This document shows positions 8,791 to 18,346 of a stretch of 64,000 bases of DNA, in pieces. This stretch comes from Alphaproteobacteria bacterium (GTDB lineage Bacteria > Pseudomonadota > Alphaproteobacteria > UBA2966): the NCBI GenBank assembly GCA_964291395.2, contig OZ219856.1:960001-1024000 (forward strand), read 5' to 3'. Under the pieces are notes generated by a model that did not search any database, was not told the DNA's origin, and saw nothing but the letters and a program-made list of their open reading frames with translations. Position 1 is the first letter of the stretch, and each line of letters opens with the position of its first letter. The position numbers were made by a program, and so were the translations under genes.

Positions 8791-9205
8791 GTTGTCGGAA
8801 AGGTGGCGTCGGGCTCGGGGTGCGGCCAGGTGCATGATCGGGTGTCGATCCGGCAACCCGGGGCCCGGAAGAGTCCTTTACCCGCTACCTCACGATGACA
8901 AGCTCCTCCCCGGGTACCGGCGTGTTGTTCGCCGCCCCTCTGGCGATGACGGCCTCGCGTCCGCCATGCTGTTCGATAAGCCGTGCCTGATCGGAGAGCG
9001 CCCTTTCGTTGATCTCTTCCGGATCGATCATCTTCAGGAGGTCTTCCTTCAAGCCGTTCAACGTTCCGGAATGGCTTGGATCGGCCGCGACGTTGTGCAG
9101 TTCTTCGGGATCGGCCCCCATGTCGTAGAGTTCCGAATCGTACCCGCCGGCATAGTGCAAGTACTTGTAGCGATCGGTACGAAGCATGTAGACGCCGGAA
9201 ATCGC
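8791..9205. repeat. 415-bp duplicate, copy 2 (overlaps the intact sulfatase 3' end)
   Basis: See 3628-4042. Confidence 0.95.
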
Positions 9206-10348
9206 GCCGGCAGCGTGGTACTCGCCGAACACGATCCGGTCGGTGTCATCCGGTGCGGCAGCGATCCGCATCAGCGATCGACCGGGCAGTTCTTCATCGC
9301 TTGATCCCTTGGGCACTCCGGCTCCGTCGAGGATCGTCGGGTAGATGTCCACCAGCGACACCAGCGTCTCACATGCCCGTCCCTCGGGAACGTCGGGCCC
9401 CGCCATGATCATCGGGACGCCGGCCGACTCGTCATGCATGGTGGATTTGCCCCATATGCGTCGGGCGCCCATGTTGTCGCCGTGGTCGCTCGTATAGATG
9501 ACCCGCGTGTTTCCGCTCAGACCCGATTCATCCAACGCGTCCAACACCCGTCCCACGTTGTCGTCCATGAAGCTGCACAGGCCCAGGTAGGACGCCAGGA
9601 TTGTCTTTCGATGTTCGTCATCTCGGATGAAATGCTCGTAGATGAAGCAGTCGTTGAAACCTTTCCACCAGGGGTGAGTCGCGAACAGTTCTTCATCCGC
9701 CGGTTTGAATTCGGGCAGGCTATCGAGCGGGTACATGTCGTAGAATTTTTGTGGCGCCACGATCGGGAAATGCGGACAGATCATCGAAACGAACAACACC
9801 CAGGGCTTCTCGGCCGGGGCCTTTGCCCGGTCCCGAATCCAAGCGCAGGCACGGCCGGTTATATCGCGGTCGTACGCCGAATATCTGGTTTCTCCGGGTC
9901 CCACTTCTTCCACGTACTGTCTGGCTTGATAACGAACCGGGAGGTCGGGACGGATTGATCCGTGAAGGTCGCCGACACCCACCATGATGTGCATGGGAAT
10001 GATCTGCTCGTCGAACCCCGTGTCATCCCGTTCCGAGCGATAGTGAAGCTTGCCGATGGAAACGACGGGGTTGCCGGCCTCCTGGAGGCGATGGCCCCAA
10101 CTTCGTTGGCGCCCGTCATAGGCGATGGCGTTATCCCAACAGCGGTGGTCGTGCACGTACCGTCCGGTCGCAAAACTCGCTCTTGCCGGCACACAGAGCG
10201 GCGAATTCGTGTAGGCGCGGTCGAACCTGGTACCCCTGCTGGCCAGCGCGTCCAAATTCGGCGTTTTCACACACTCGTGCCCGAAACTTCCCAGCATCTT
10301 GGGATTGTGTTGATCGGCCATGATGATGAGCATGTTCGTCGGTGGCAT
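8885..10348 (-). CDS. formylglycine-dependent sulfatase (choline-sulfatase-like)
   Basis: NMLIIMADQH, TPNLD.LA, SPLCVPARAS (CxPxR), IGKLH, PHFP, YTSDHG, WGK; SD AGGAGG. Confidence 0.9.
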   Translation of the reverse strand: MPPTNMLIIMADQHNPKMLGSFGHECVKTPNLDALASRGTRFDRAYTNSPLCVPARASFATGRYVHDHRCWDNAIAYDGRQRSWGHRLQEAGNPVVSIGKLHYRSERDDTGFDEQIIPMHIMVGVGDLHGSIRPDLPVRYQARQYVEEVGPGETRYSAYDRDITGRACAWIRDRAKAPAEKPWVLFVSMICPHFPIVAPQKFYDMYPLDSLPEFKPADEELFATHPWWKGFNDCFIYEHFIRDDEHRKTILASYLGLCSFMDDNVGRVLDALDESGLSGNTRVIYTSDHGDNMGARRIWGKSTMHDESAGVPMIMAGPDVPEGRACETLVSLVDIYPTILDGAGVPKGSSDEELPGRSLMRIAAAPDDTDRIVFGEYHAAGAISGVYMLRTDRYKYLHYAGGYDSELYDMGADPEELHNVAADPSHSGTLNGLKEDLLKMIDPEEINERALSDQARLIEQHGGREAVIARGAANNTPVPGEELVIVR

Positions 10349-10475
10349 GAACGCCCTCCTGCCGGGCCAACCCTCGGATAAATCTTTGTAAACCCCGCCC
10401 GGTCGACCATTATGACTGTCGCAAGGTATTCCGTTGGGCATGCAGCCCCGGAACGTTCCCATAGGTAGATCACTC

Positions 10476-11534
10476 ATGTCCTCACAACAAGGCGCAGGAA
10501 AGCGGGATATTCTGATTGTCGGCAGTGTGCCGCTGCCTGCCGTGGAGGATGTCTTCCGAACCATCGCCACGGCCCTCGGCACGCGTGTAAAGCGCCTGCC
10601 GGATGGTGAAGTGGGCGATCGCGGCGGTTGGATTCAATGGCAAGTGCACGCGGTCCAGAACCACCCTCAGCTCGTCGTCGATGAAACCGACCGCCGGGCC
10701 GATTGGCAAAGGGCGAGAGGCGAATACGTGAGCACGCGCACCGCCACCAGCTATCGCGTCGCCGATCACGTCGATCCCGCTGACCTTTCCTTCGAGAACC
10801 TCGGGTACGCCGACGCGGCGTTGGAGAGTTACGAGATCTTCCGGCGTCTCAAATCGCAGGGAGTCGTGCCGAAGGACACGCGATTTCAGGTCTCGCTACC
10901 GACGCCTGTGGCCTTTCTCGAACACCTCATTGCACGGCAGTGCCAGGCGGACGTCGAAGGTCCCTACGAAGCCCGTATGCTGACCGAGCTGGCCGAGATC
11001 GCAGCGCACATCCCCCATCACGAACTCGCCGTTCAGTGGGACGTCGCCAAGGATATGGGGATCTGGGAAGGCGTCTGGTCGATCTTCTTCGAGGACGTGA
11101 AGAGCGGCATCACCGAGCGCTTGGTGCGCATTGGCGACGCCGTCCCGGAGGGCGTGGAACTCGGCTATCACCTGTGTTACGGCGATTTGAACCACGTGCA
11201 CTGGAAGGAGCCCGAGGACACGGCGAACCTCGTCGCCGTCGCCAACGGCATCGCCGCCGGAATCGGCCGCTCCGTGCAGTGGCTTCATATGCCGGTGCCG
11301 CGCAGCCGTTCGGATGACGCCTATTTCGCGCCTCTCGACGCGCTGGCGTTGAGGCCCGAAACCCGGCTGTTCCTCGGACTCATACACCACACGGACGGCG
11401 TGGAGGGGACGCGCCGGCGGATGGCGACGGCGGAGAAGTTCGTCTCCGACTTCGGCATCGCCACCGAATGCGGTATGGGCCGCCGTCCGCCGGAGACCTT
11501 TCCCGAACTTCTCCGCATTCACACGGAGGTTTAG
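10476..11534 (+). CDS. hypothetical protein, cobalamin-independent methionine synthase/URO-D-like barrel
   Basis: IVGSVP, LPDGE.G.R..W, GYHLCYGD (HxC), GIATECGMGR. Confidence 0.65.
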   Translation: MSSQQGAGKRDILIVGSVPLPAVEDVFRTIATALGTRVKRLPDGEVGDRGGWIQWQVHAVQNHPQLVVDETDRRADWQRARGEYVSTRTATSYRVADHVDPADLSFENLGYADAALESYEIFRRLKSQGVVPKDTRFQVSLPTPVAFLEHLIARQCQADVEGPYEARMLTELAEIAAHIPHHELAVQWDVAKDMGIWEGVWSIFFEDVKSGITERLVRIGDAVPEGVELGYHLCYGDLNHVHWKEPEDTANLVAVANGIAAGIGRSVQWLHMPVPRSRSDDAYFAPLDALALRPETRLFLGLIHHTDGVEGTRRRMATAEKFVSDFGIATECGMGRRPPETFPELLRIHTEV

Positions 11535-11602
11535 CCGGTCCGGCAGGCGTTCCGCGACCGCTACCCGGGGCCGCCGCCGGCCACGGCGTCCCTGGTTCTC
11601 CG

Positions 11603-12376
11603 TCAGTGCCGCCGGAACCGTGACAACCAGGGCATTTGCAGCGTGACGGCGTCGTAGAGCAACTGGCTGCCGGAACCCAGGAGGCCGAGCGTGATGATGC
11701 CGACGACCATGAGCGACGTCTGCAGGTTGAGTCGCGAATCCATGATGAGGAATCCCACACCCTTGTCGACGGCGATGAACTCGGCGGAGACCAGCGCGAT
11801 ATAGGCGAATCCGATCCCGCTGCGCATTCCCAGGAGAACGAAGGACGCGGCCGACGGCAGGATGACGCGGTAGAAAACCTGAAGCTGGGACAGCCCGAGG
11901 CAGCGCGCCGCTCGCAATCGCACGTTCGGGACCTCCCGGACGCCCGTCATCGTACTGACGGTGACCACCACCCACGTGATGTATGCGATGATCAGCAGCT
12001 TGGGCAGCTCGCCGATGCCGAACCAGAGGATCATGATGGGAACGAGCGAGATCGGCGCCACGCCCTTCAGGAACTCGAAGATCGGACCGACCACCGATTC
12101 GACGCCGCGGAGCTCGCCGAGGATCAAGCCGGTGATGATTCCGGCCCCGACGCCGAGGATCCAGCCCCAGCCGACCCGCCACAAGCTGACCCGGATCGAC
12201 TCCCATAGGAGGCCCGATTCCGACTTCTCGACGGCCGCCTCCCACACCGAGAAGGGGTGTGGAAGAAGAGTCTCGGAGACCAACGTGCCGCTGGCGACAC
12301 CCCAGACGGTAATTCCCGTCAGAACCGACAGGGCGGCGACGAGGATGGTTCGATGAAGGCCGTGCCCGGGCATCAT
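11603..12376 (-). CDS. ABC transporter permease (NitT/TauT/SsuC type)
   Basis: SLWRVGWG, P.MILWFGIGE, AARCLGL, VSAEF..GVGFLI. Confidence 0.9.
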   Translation of the reverse strand: MMPGHGLHRTILVAALSVLTGITVWGVASGTLVSETLLPHPFSVWEAAVEKSESGLLWESIRVSLWRVGWGWILGVGAGIITGLILGELRGVESVVGPIFEFLKGVAPISLVPIMILWFGIGELPKLLIIAYITWVVVTVSTMTGVREVPNVRLRAARCLGLSQLQVFYRVILPSAASFVLLGMRSGIGFAYIALVSAEFIAVDKGVGFLIMDSRLNLQTSLMVVGIITLGLLGSGSQLLYDAVTLQMPWLSRFRRH

Positions 12377-12383
12377 GGCGTCC

Positions 12384-13145
12384 TCAGACCCGCCGCTTCA
12401 CCGACCAGCGAGGCATTAAGCGCTCGATCGTCAATTCGATGCCGCGGTCCAGGACGATGCTGAGGATGCCCAACCCGAATATGCCGATGAAGATCAGCGT
12501 GGGGTCGTAGTTCTGGCGGCCGAGGATGATGAGGTAGCCGAACCCGTTCGCCGCGCCCAGCATCTCCGCGGCGACCACGACCATCACTCCGAGCCCTGTC
12601 GCGGTCCGGACGCCCGCCAGGATGGCGGGGAATGACGACGGAATCACGACCCGGAAGAACGCCGAGACCCCCAGGACACCAAGTGTGTTTGCCGCCTTGA
12701 TACGCAGGTAAGGAACTTGCGCGACGCCCTGCCTTGCGCTCAGCGCGAGCACGTACACGGCGAGGTAGAAGACCAGCGAATAGCGGGCGAGTTCCGTTAC
12801 CCCGAACCAGAGCAGGGCGAACGGGATAAGGGCGATCGCCGGCGTGGAGTTCGCCATGCGCAGGTAGGGATCGAACCACGCGTTGACGTCGCGTGAGGCG
12901 CCCATGGCGCAGCCCAGTACGGCGCCAACCGGTATTCCCACCCCCAGTCCGACCAGGAGACGTTGAAGCGTCGCCCCGAGATGTACGTAGATCTCGCCCG
13001 TTTCGGACATACGGGCGAGGCCCCGCATGACGTCCATCGGCTCCGGGAACAGCAACGGTGTCCCGATGAATGACGCCGCGACCTGCCACAGGATGAAGAA
13101 CAGCAGGATGCCGTAGAGCGGGCCGAACCTGCCGGCTTGAGTCAC
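12384..13145 (-). CDS. ABC transporter permease (NitT/TauT/SsuC type)
   Basis: TLQRLLVG, LLWFG..E, AANTLG, VAAEM.GA.NGFGYLI. Confidence 0.9.
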   Translation of the reverse strand: MTQAGRFGPLYGILLFFILWQVAASFIGTPLLFPEPMDVMRGLARMSETGEIYVHLGATLQRLLVGLGVGIPVGAVLGCAMGASRDVNAWFDPYLRMANSTPAIALIPFALLWFGVTELARYSLVFYLAVYVLALSARQGVAQVPYLRIKAANTLGVLGVSAFFRVVIPSSFPAILAGVRTATGLGVMVVVAAEMLGAANGFGYLIILGRQNYDPTLIFIGIFGLGILSIVLDRGIELTIERLMPRWSVKRRV

Positions 13146-13936
13146 TGTGCCGTCTCCGCTCTTACGTCACCCGCGTCATGCACGTGCCCGATCAGCGATT
13201 CGATGTGGCGGTACGCAGCGATGAACTCCGCATCCGCGGGGTCGCGCTCGTCGGGCAACTCCGGGCGGAACGTGTCGAGGATACGGGCTTCCGGGCCCGA
13301 CGAGAGCACCGTCACGTCCGTGGCCAGGATCAGGGCTTCCGTGATGTCGTGGGTCACGAAGATGACGGTCTTGTGCGTGCGCTCCCACAGGTCCTTCAAT
13401 TCGTATTGCATGCGCCGGCGGGTGATGGCGTCGAGCGCCGCGAAGGGCTCGTCCATGATCAGCACGTGCGGGTCCATGACCAGGCCGCGTGCGATCTGGG
13501 CCCGTTGCTTCATGCCTCCCGACAACTCGGAGGGAAATTTGTGGGTGTCGTTGCCAAGGCCGACGAGTTCCAGGGCCTCCATCGCCTGGGTGCGGCGTTC
13601 GTTCTTGTTGCGCACGAAGTTCTTCAGCCCGAACTCGGCGTTCTCCAGGACGGTCAGCCAGGGGAAAAGCGCATTGCCGATGTCCTGGAAGATGACCACC
13701 CGGTCCGGGCCCGGACCGTGAATTGGGGAGTCGTCGAAGGCGATACGGCCGTCCGTCGGCGGTTCGAACCCGGCGATCAGATCGACCAGCGTGCTCTTCC
13801 CCGAGCCGCTTGGCCCGAGGATACACATGAAGGCACCCCGATCGACCGTCAGGTCGATGTCCGAAAGGACGACCGGGCCGCGCGAGAACTGCTTGTACAG
13901 TCCCGTGACCTTCAGCCGTTTCCAGTCGTTCTCCAT
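13142..13936 (-). CDS. ABC transporter ATP-binding protein (TauB/SsuB type)
   Basis: GPSGSGKST, LFPWLTV.EN, LSGGMKQR, MDEPFAALD, FVTHD. Confidence 0.93.
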   Translation of the reverse strand: MENDWKRLKVTGLYKQFSRGPVVLSDIDLTVDRGAFMCILGPSGSGKSTLVDLIAGFEPPTDGRIAFDDSPIHGPGPDRVVIFQDIGNALFPWLTVLENAEFGLKNFVRNKNERRTQAMEALELVGLGNDTHKFPSELSGGMKQRAQIARGLVMDPHVLIMDEPFAALDAITRRRMQYELKDLWERTHKTVIFVTHDITEALILATDVTVLSSGPEARILDTFRPELPDERDPADAEFIAAYRHIESLIGHVHDAGDVRAETAQ

Positions 13937-13992
13937 GGGACAGGTTCGACCCGCCGCCGCGACCGGCGGCGGGTCGTCACCGTGCCGCTGAC

Positions 13993-14955
13993 CTACATGC
14001 CCCTTACGAGGGTCGGGTCAAGCTTCTTGATATGCGACCAGTCGGTTGCCGTATCCCAGTCGACAGGACCCTTCAGAATGCCGAGCTTCATCAGGAACTG
14101 CTCGATATTGCGCAACTGGGTGCGGAAGGCCTCGTCGCTCACCAGGTCCCACTTCTGGCCCCTCACGGTGTGCTCGACCTCGTTCGGCGGCAGCTTGGTG
14201 AATTCCGCGATCGCGTCTATTCCCTCTTTCGGGCTGTTGGTCAGCAGATCGGAGCCCTTCTTGACGGCCCGCATGAACGCTTCCATCTCGTCGGAGGGTG
14301 CCGACTCGAGATACTTCCGCGACGCCAGCATGCCGCAGTAAAGCGAATAACCCATGTCGCCGGTGGCGGCGAGGATCTTGAACTTGTCGCTGAGGCCGTG
14401 GATCTTCAGGTCGAAGGGCTTCCACAACGAGATGGCGAAGACGTCCCCTTTGACCAATGCCGGGACCTGATCGAACGGCGCCAGGTGGACCATCTCGACG
14501 TCATCCACAGAGAGCCCGCCCGACTGCATATACTTGTCCAGCATGAACTCGGACGCGGACTTGCGAAACAAACCGATCTTCTTGCCTTTGAAGTCGGCCG
14601 GTCCCGTCACGTCCTTGGGGCCCATCACGAAGACCATGTGATTGTTGTCGGAGAACTGCGTGACGATCACGGCGTCACCGCCGGCGGCCATCATGATCAT
14701 GGGCTGGTCGCAGGTGACGAGGAACTGCGCGCCACCCGAGCGGAAAGCCTCCGAGGCGGCGGCACCGGCCTGGAATGTCTTTACCGTGACGTCGAGCCCT
14801 TCTTCCTCGAAGTACCCTTTGACGTAGGCCACGAACGGCGGCGCGAACACCGGGCTGACACCCGAGAAAATATTGATCTTGGTAGCTGCCGATGACGAAA
14901 CCGCGGCAAGCGCCATGCCCGCCGCCGCAATCAATGCGAGTGCAAAACGGTTCAT
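13993..14955 (-). CDS. ABC substrate-binding protein (NMT1/THI5, TauA/SsuA-like)
   Basis: Signal peptide MNRFALALIAAAG..AA; KGYFEEEGLDV; DFKGKKIG; SD GGGAGG. Confidence 0.88.
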   Translation of the reverse strand: MNRFALALIAAAGMALAAVSSSAATKINIFSGVSPVFAPPFVAYVKGYFEEEGLDVTVKTFQAGAAASEAFRSGGAQFLVTCDQPMIMMAAGGDAVIVTQFSDNNHMVFVMGPKDVTGPADFKGKKIGLFRKSASEFMLDKYMQSGGLSVDDVEMVHLAPFDQVPALVKGDVFAISLWKPFDLKIHGLSDKFKILAATGDMGYSLYCGMLASRKYLESAPSDEMEAFMRAVKKGSDLLTNSPKEGIDAIAEFTKLPPNEVEHTVRGQKWDLVSDEAFRTQLRNIEQFLMKLGILKGPVDWDTATDWSHIKKLDPTLVRGM

Positions 14956-15214
14956 TGTTGGCTTCCTCCCGTCGCTGAATCTTGAGACCAATCGAGACAA
15001 CGCGGTCCTGTCGGCCCGAAGGCCGGGCCCATCAGCGCTCTGCGCACCGAGTCGCTTGGAGCCGGCCTTGGAATCTATGTCAATACTCTTCGCATCACAA
15101 CGCAGCGCATGGTGGGTGGCCGCACCGCGCATCCGGGACGCTCGGTTGCTCGGGCGACGCTCAGGTAACAGCGCTCGCCGTGGCGCTGCCGATCGAGGCG
15201 CGTTGCGATCGGTT

Positions 15215-15530
15215 CATCTGGCACCGGTCAGCCAATTGCTGTGCGTCGGGTGCGTCGTGATGACGCTTGCGGAAAGCGGTGATGTTGTCTTGCAGTGGCC
15301 GATAGTAGTTTTCCCACCATGCGGACGCGGGGAGCGGAAAGTGCCGTACTGCCTCGTAGCCGCACGCCTCCACGGCTTCCAGGAGAGCCGAGGTGCCGCG
15401 GATAGCCGGGCACTCCCGGTTCCAGAACGCTGCGCATGCGGCGGGCGGCTCAGACTTCCGCCAGCACACCTCAGTCAGGGCGACATGACCATTGGGTCGC
15501 AGCAAGCGGCGCCAAGCCTCGCGCGGTTCG
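15215..15530 (-). pseudogene. C-terminal fragment of a class I SAM-dependent methyltransferase
   Basis: AWRRLLRPNGHVALTEVCW..FWN.ECP..GYEAVRHFPLPASAWWENYY.PL; no N-terminal SAM-binding motif. Confidence 0.65.
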
Positions 15531-15532
15531 GG

Positions 15533-16039
15533 TCAGACCACCGGTTCCAGCGGGTCGCGGTGGACCGTGGTCATGTCCTGACCCTCGATCCGCAACAGAC
15601 GGCTCAGCCCCTCGCACTGCGGCGAGTGGATATCGCCTTCGTTGTAGACCTTGGCATCGCCCGGACCGAGCGTGTAGGTCCGCTCCACCTCAACCTTTCC
15701 GGGTTCGCCGTCCGACGGTTCCCGCAGGAGCCGCCAGTCCGTCATCTCCGTGCTCCCTGCCGCCTGACCGTAGATGGCCCAGGCCGGCCCGTGATGGTGA
15801 GGATTCCCGTCGATCCCTTCCGGGTAGGTGTGCGCGACGATGCAGAAACCGAGTTCCTCATCCCGATAAAGGACATTGCGTTCGGAGTCCCGGCCGATCC
15901 CGAAAAGCGCGCGCAGGAACTCGCCGTCCGCCAGGACACGTTCCAGCATCCCGCGGATCTTCTCGCGGCCCTCCGGTCCGGGTTCCGCAGTCAGCGCGGC
16001 CTTGCAGTCGGCGGCAAGCGATTCGAGCGTGTACGGCAT
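15533..16039 (-). CDS. cupin-fold metal-binding protein (cysteine dioxygenase-like)
   Basis: PHHHGP.WAIYGQ..G and GDIHSP three-His pattern; SD AGGAGG. Confidence 0.65.
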   Translation of the reverse strand: MPYTLESLAADCKAALTAEPGPEGREKIRGMLERVLADGEFLRALFGIGRDSERNVLYRDEELGFCIVAHTYPEGIDGNPHHHGPAWAIYGQAAGSTEMTDWRLLREPSDGEPGKVEVERTYTLGPGDAKVYNEGDIHSPQCEGLSRLLRIEGQDMTTVHRDPLEPVV

Positions 16040-16156
16040 CGGTTTCCTCCTTCGTCCTCCAGTAATGCTACCGCCAATCCACCTGACTGCCATGCCGTGA
16101 AGGACGCAGGCCAAGGAGAGTCACGGCACGGGCGGCCGAGGCCACGCGGACGAGCC

Positions 16157-16591
16157 TCAAACCGACGCCGTGTGCGGCAGCTGCCGCATGGCTGCGTCGA
16201 ACGTGTATACGCCCGTCGACGCCTCGCCTGCGTCCGACGCGGTTCGCTGCGCCTTGAACACGATCAACGCGTCAGCGAAACCGGCGCCCTTCGTCGACCC
16301 GGCGACGCCCTCTGCCGTCGTTCCCTTGTACGCCTGCAAAGCATGCCAGACGACCTGGTCGTCCTCGAAACGGACATTCGGCTCGCTGAACAGCCGTTCG
16401 AGGACCGCCACCAGGTCGGCCTTTGCCAGCCGGTACTTTCGGCCGCAAAGAGTCCACACGGTTTCCGCCAGAACGACATCCGTGATCAGCACGGGCTCGG
16501 CGGCATCGAAGAGGTCATCCGCGCGCGTCGCCCGGGCCTCGTCGTCGTGCAGCACATACCGCAGCAGGACGTTGGTGTCGGCGGCGATCAA
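16157..16591 (-). CDS. vapC: VapC-family PIN domain toxin
   Basis: DTNVLLR, VLAETVW, FADALI, YTFD. Confidence 0.9.
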   Translation of the reverse strand: MIAADTNVLLRYVLHDDEARATRADDLFDAAEPVLITDVVLAETVWTLCGRKYRLAKADLVAVLERLFSEPNVRFEDDQVVWHALQAYKGTTAEGVAGSTKGAGFADALIVFKAQRTASDAGEASTGVYTFDAAMRQLPHTASV

Positions 16592-16815
16592 GATTGCGGC
16601 TCGTCCAGGGCGCTCTCCAGGGACTCCTCGTCCGTGACGCCGGCATCCCCGGGCACGTGAGCAAGAAACCCCCTGGCCGCACCGGCGGTCTTCCGCACGA
16701 TGGTGATGCGTCCGTCGGCGACGAAGCTGCGGACCTCGTCCCCCGGGCCGATCCCGACCTCTTTACACTGATCTACAGGGAGCGTGATCTGGCGCTTGGC
16801 GCTCACTCGCGGCAT
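16588..16815 (-). CDS. AbrB/MazE/SpoVT family antitoxin
   Basis: VSAKRQITLP...GIGPGDEV; 4-nt overlap with vapC. Confidence 0.9.
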   Translation of the reverse strand: MPRVSAKRQITLPVDQCKEVGIGPGDEVRSFVADGRITIVRKTAGAARGFLAHVPGDAGVTDEESLESALDEPQS

Positions 16816-16860
16816 GGGACATCCCCCGGCAAGGACCGATTGCGAAAGACAATAGCAAAT

Positions 16861-16887
16861 TCTTTACTAATGGCTCACAGGTAAAGA
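16861..16887. promoter_or_regulatory. putative antitoxin operator
   Basis: Inverted repeat TCTTTAC-N13-GTAAAGA in the AT-rich stretch upstream of the antitoxin. Confidence 0.5.
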
Positions 16888-16921
16888 GATTAGCGGCAGG
16901 TCCGCGCCCGGCTGAAGGGCG

Positions 16922-18184
16922 TCATTCGATCTCGATATCGACGGGGACGATCCCGTCGAAGTGCTTGCGCTGGTAGTTCCAGTCTGTCACGGGCTGCTTG
17001 CGGCCCTTCTCGTCGGTCCCACGGGCCATCAGGACGTAGTGGCCCCGCTCGTCGGCCTCCCACGGATATGACCAGCGGCGCCAGAGGTAGCGGTCGGCAT
17101 GGTCCTCGACGTGCGCGTCGTTCCAAGTCTCACCGCCGTCGGTGGATACCTCGACACGCACCATCTTGCCCTCGCCGCTCCAGGCCAGGCCCCGGATCGG
17201 GTACCTGCCCTTCGGCAAGGGCGATTCCTCGTCGCGCGGCTCGGTGATCACCGTCTTGACGCCAAGCGCCGTCATCATCTCCTTGTTCGGGTCGTCCGGA
17301 CCCTTGCCTGACACGAAGTAGTGGGTCTGGTGGTAACAGTCCGGCATGTGGCCCATGACCTCGATCTTGTGGATCCACTTCACCCACCAGTTGCCGGCCC
17401 AGCCGGGCACCACCATGCGCACCGGCGCACCGTGCACGTGGGTCAGGTATTCGCCGTTGTGGGCCCAGGCCAATATGGTGTCCGAGTCCATGGCCTTCTC
17501 AATGGGCAGACCCTTGTCGTAGTTGATGACGCCGGGATCGAAGACCTCGAAATCGGAGCGGCCGGCCGAGCGGTAGACCAGCGAGGAATCCGGGCGCCCC
17601 CGATCGAAGCCCTCGACACGGACGGCCACCGCACTGTCCTTGACGCCAGCCCGCGTCAGCACCTCGCTCAGCCGCGTGCCCGTCCACTCGCCGCCGGAGA
17701 CGATACACGTCGAAGGAACGAGCTGCCTCGCCTCGTCCAGATCGATTTCCCCCTTGGCCACCAATTCTCGCCAATTGACGTCTTCGCCTTCATTCGAGAC
17801 CTGGCGGGACGGCTTCGGCGTGTTCCCGCCTGTTCCACGAGATTCCAGATAGTCCCAAAACTCGGTGTCGTCGCCGGCGCATTCGGTCACCGCGCGGACC
17901 GTGTGACCGGGCAGCAGCCGGAGATCGTTGAGCGTGTAGGTCTTGGGATTTTCGACTTCGCCGAAAATTTCGAACGTGTAGTCCTCCGGATGCACCGGTT
18001 CGGGCACCTGGAGCTGCGCCACGATGTAATACGCGTCCGTCGGAGTGATCAGCCCCTCGAGCTCGAAGTACGGCGAGCGGGCATGGATGATGCGGCCTTC
18101 CTGGTCCTTGCCGGAGACAAACCGGTACCGCCTGCGGTCCGGCCAGCCCATAACCCAATCGCCTTCGATCTCCCGTCGCGGCAT
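16922..18184 (-). CDS. sulfite oxidase-family molybdopterin oxidoreductase (divergent active site)
   Basis: VTECAG Mo-ligand Cys, GEWTG, NGEYL..HGAPVRMVVPGW.G..VKW, GLAWSG, VEVS.DGG.TW, W.RW. Confidence 0.85.
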   Translation of the reverse strand: MPRREIEGDWVMGWPDRRRYRFVSGKDQEGRIIHARSPYFELEGLITPTDAYYIVAQLQVPEPVHPEDYTFEIFGEVENPKTYTLNDLRLLPGHTVRAVTECAGDDTEFWDYLESRGTGGNTPKPSRQVSNEGEDVNWRELVAKGEIDLDEARQLVPSTCIVSGGEWTGTRLSEVLTRAGVKDSAVAVRVEGFDRGRPDSSLVYRSAGRSDFEVFDPGVINYDKGLPIEKAMDSDTILAWAHNGEYLTHVHGAPVRMVVPGWAGNWWVKWIHKIEVMGHMPDCYHQTHYFVSGKGPDDPNKEMMTALGVKTVITEPRDEESPLPKGRYPIRGLAWSGEGKMVRVEVSTDGGETWNDAHVEDHADRYLWRRWSYPWEADERGHYVLMARGTDEKGRKQPVTDWNYQRKHFDGIVPVDIEIE

Positions 18185-18346
18185 GTTCTTCCCTTCCGAT
18201 CGACTGCAAAAAGGATACGCCACATAGTGCTGGCCGGCATCAACCCCCCATGGGTGGTTCCGTGTCGCAAGAGACGTCGGAGCGCCAGCCGACGCGTCCC
18301 GCGAACCACAATCCTGAGAAAACGAGCGTTATCACTGCAGTGATGA

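Noticed and set aside
14873-16660. 595-aa plus-strand ORF
   Set aside because: Antisense shadow of the binding-protein start, methyltransferase relic, cupin and vapC; no motifs; typical of high-GC DNA
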